Shown here: piece after piece, positions 62,230 to 64,000 of the stretch
Position numbering within the stretch: the stretch's first letter is position 1
How the letters are laid out: each line of letters begins with the position of its first letter
Made by a program: the position numbers and the translations under genes
The notes under the pieces: generated by a model
What the model was told of the DNA's origin: nothing
The model's database searches: none
The model's input: only the letters and a program-made list of their open reading frames with translations
Assembly: GCF_964194025.1 (NCBI RefSeq)
Contig: NC_134477.1
Span: forward strand, 35,898,001-35,962,000
DNA from: Convolutriloba macropyga
Taxonomy: Eukaryota
Reading direction: 5' to 3'
DNA length: 64,000 nt

Positions 62230-64000
62230 GTAAAAGCACTAACACACAACTAGTTGAGACCGCGGCACATGAAAACACCGTCCGAGATTGAAACGAGCCC
62301 TGAGAAGATATTAATCAATCAATATTGCCAAGGAAAGCACTTTGTCTCAAATTTAAAGACAAATTTGATGTCTCGAACAGTAGCATCCAACACGATAAAA
62401 CATGAATAATCCGTAGCAAATGGAATCAAGCAAGCTTTGACTAAAAAAATTTGCAAAATATTTAATCGACTCTTGTTGCAATGGCATTAGGTGCATAACT
62501 TATCGGTGAAATAATTTCGGTATCGCGCATTGCTCCGAAACCGTGGCAAAACTCTGCTTCTAGATAAAGCTACTTTATCGATCAATTCCTTCTGGCCACT
62601 GATGAAATATGAAGAGGGGCTATACGAGAAATATAATGCGGAAAACAATGCGTAGTCGTCTAGAAAGTGGCAAAAAAGGCAGCTGTTGTAATCAGTACGC
62701 CAGTTGGTTACCTTAGGGTTGGTTACCATTGTTATTACTGGTAATATTGAGTGAGTTCCGTTAGCAATCTGATTACATTCGTAAATATCGCATAACAATG
62801 TTCGTATTTATTATGAACAAAAATTACAGGGATGGAGGACTTAAGGCATTTTTAAGAGGTAATTAACAAAATTTTGGTTAAAAAAATTGGTATCCTTAAA
62901 TCCACAACTGTCCGCAATTAAAGAACAAAATCACATTATTTTTACAGCCCGTTTATCTTGATGATTTTCAAAAACAAGGCTTCGGCTTGGAATTTAATTG
63001 CTTTGTATTGCTGATAAATGCTTTGTCCTCTGCGGCATTAATCAATCATGTTCACAGAAACGTCCAATCAAGGTTCGAAAGATTTTTTGTGCCTCTCCAA
63101 CAAGAAGCGCTCAAAACTTCATATCCAAAAAGCAAAGGGTTGTGCTAAAGTTTTGCATAGAAATTATGTCAAATTGAAAACAGTGAGAGAAGAAATTCAA
63201 ATTTTTGCGGGTGTCTTAGGTGAGTGATCCGTCGATAACCCCCGTTGAGCACCAATCAATCAATCAATAATTAGTTAGTCTAGGTTAATATGTTAATCTG
63301 GGTTGTTTTTGAGTTTGACATGAGAATAATTCAATTTGATAGATTGTATCACTACTCACCACATGAACGAGATGTGGGTTTGATTATTTTGATTTTTCGT
63401 GCTTGGGTTGTCAGACCAAATTGGGTCACAAACGAAACCAAAAGTTTTATAATTGTTTTGGCTATTGAATTTTCAAATACTATTCAGTTGAGTATTCAAT
63501 TTCTCTCTTGAGCTCCTCATTTTTTTGTTTTTGATATCCTCGTCGGTAACGTTTATTTCCTCACAAATAATGCTGTTCCACGCAACTTGTTATACTTTGC
63601 ATAGTTTATACTTCCTTTTATCTAAATTAGGGCAATGTTTTTCAATAAACAGTTTATTAATATTAAAAGTTTCTGCAGTCTCCTTTAGAAATAAATCATT
63701 GCATTGGAATCTTGCCGTCAAAACTGCCCGGTACCGATTTAAAAATATTGGGTTATGGACTTTCGCAAGCGGAATAAAAAGCGTTTTTAACTAAGTAAAA
63801 GAATTAATTTCTCAAAAAATGAGAGAATAACAAAATGATATTTTTACAGAAGAATTTAGAGATTTACAGGAGAGATCTGATTATTAGATCAAGATGGTGA
63901 TTTGAATTTGGGGATGAAAAAGGACTCAAAAATCAGCTGTATATATACCCATTATCAGTGTGAAAAAGTCAAGTTACAAAACTAATCTTAGCACCGTGAT

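Overview
AT-rich, repeat-dense animal (invertebrate) genomic DNA with a 200-N scaffold gap at 25842-26041. It opens with a nearly intact BEL/Pao LTR retrotransposon on the minus strand (1-7570) whose integrase is inactivated. Three spliced host genes lie on the + strand: RRP7A (10331-16061), a three-exon non-alpha Cys-loop (nAChR/5-HT3-like) receptor subunit (29000-31719), and a BTBD16-like BTB/BACK gene (about 41.4 kb to beyond the window end). Introns and intergenic space hold many non-autonomous elements: two Helentron/DINE-1-like (HINE) families, a GG-terminated MITE with an 8-bp TSD, a CACTA-like MITE inside a (TG)n array, and CR1/L2 LINE fragments. The most notable signal is that intron 1 of the receptor gene looks like an Introner: a GG-terminated TIR element flanked by an 8-bp duplication CATAAGGT whose two copies supply the GT donor and the AG acceptor, so splicing restores the coding sequence exactly. 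All calls were made by eye and from recalled family motifs; no database searches were run, and splice models need RNA-seq confirmation.
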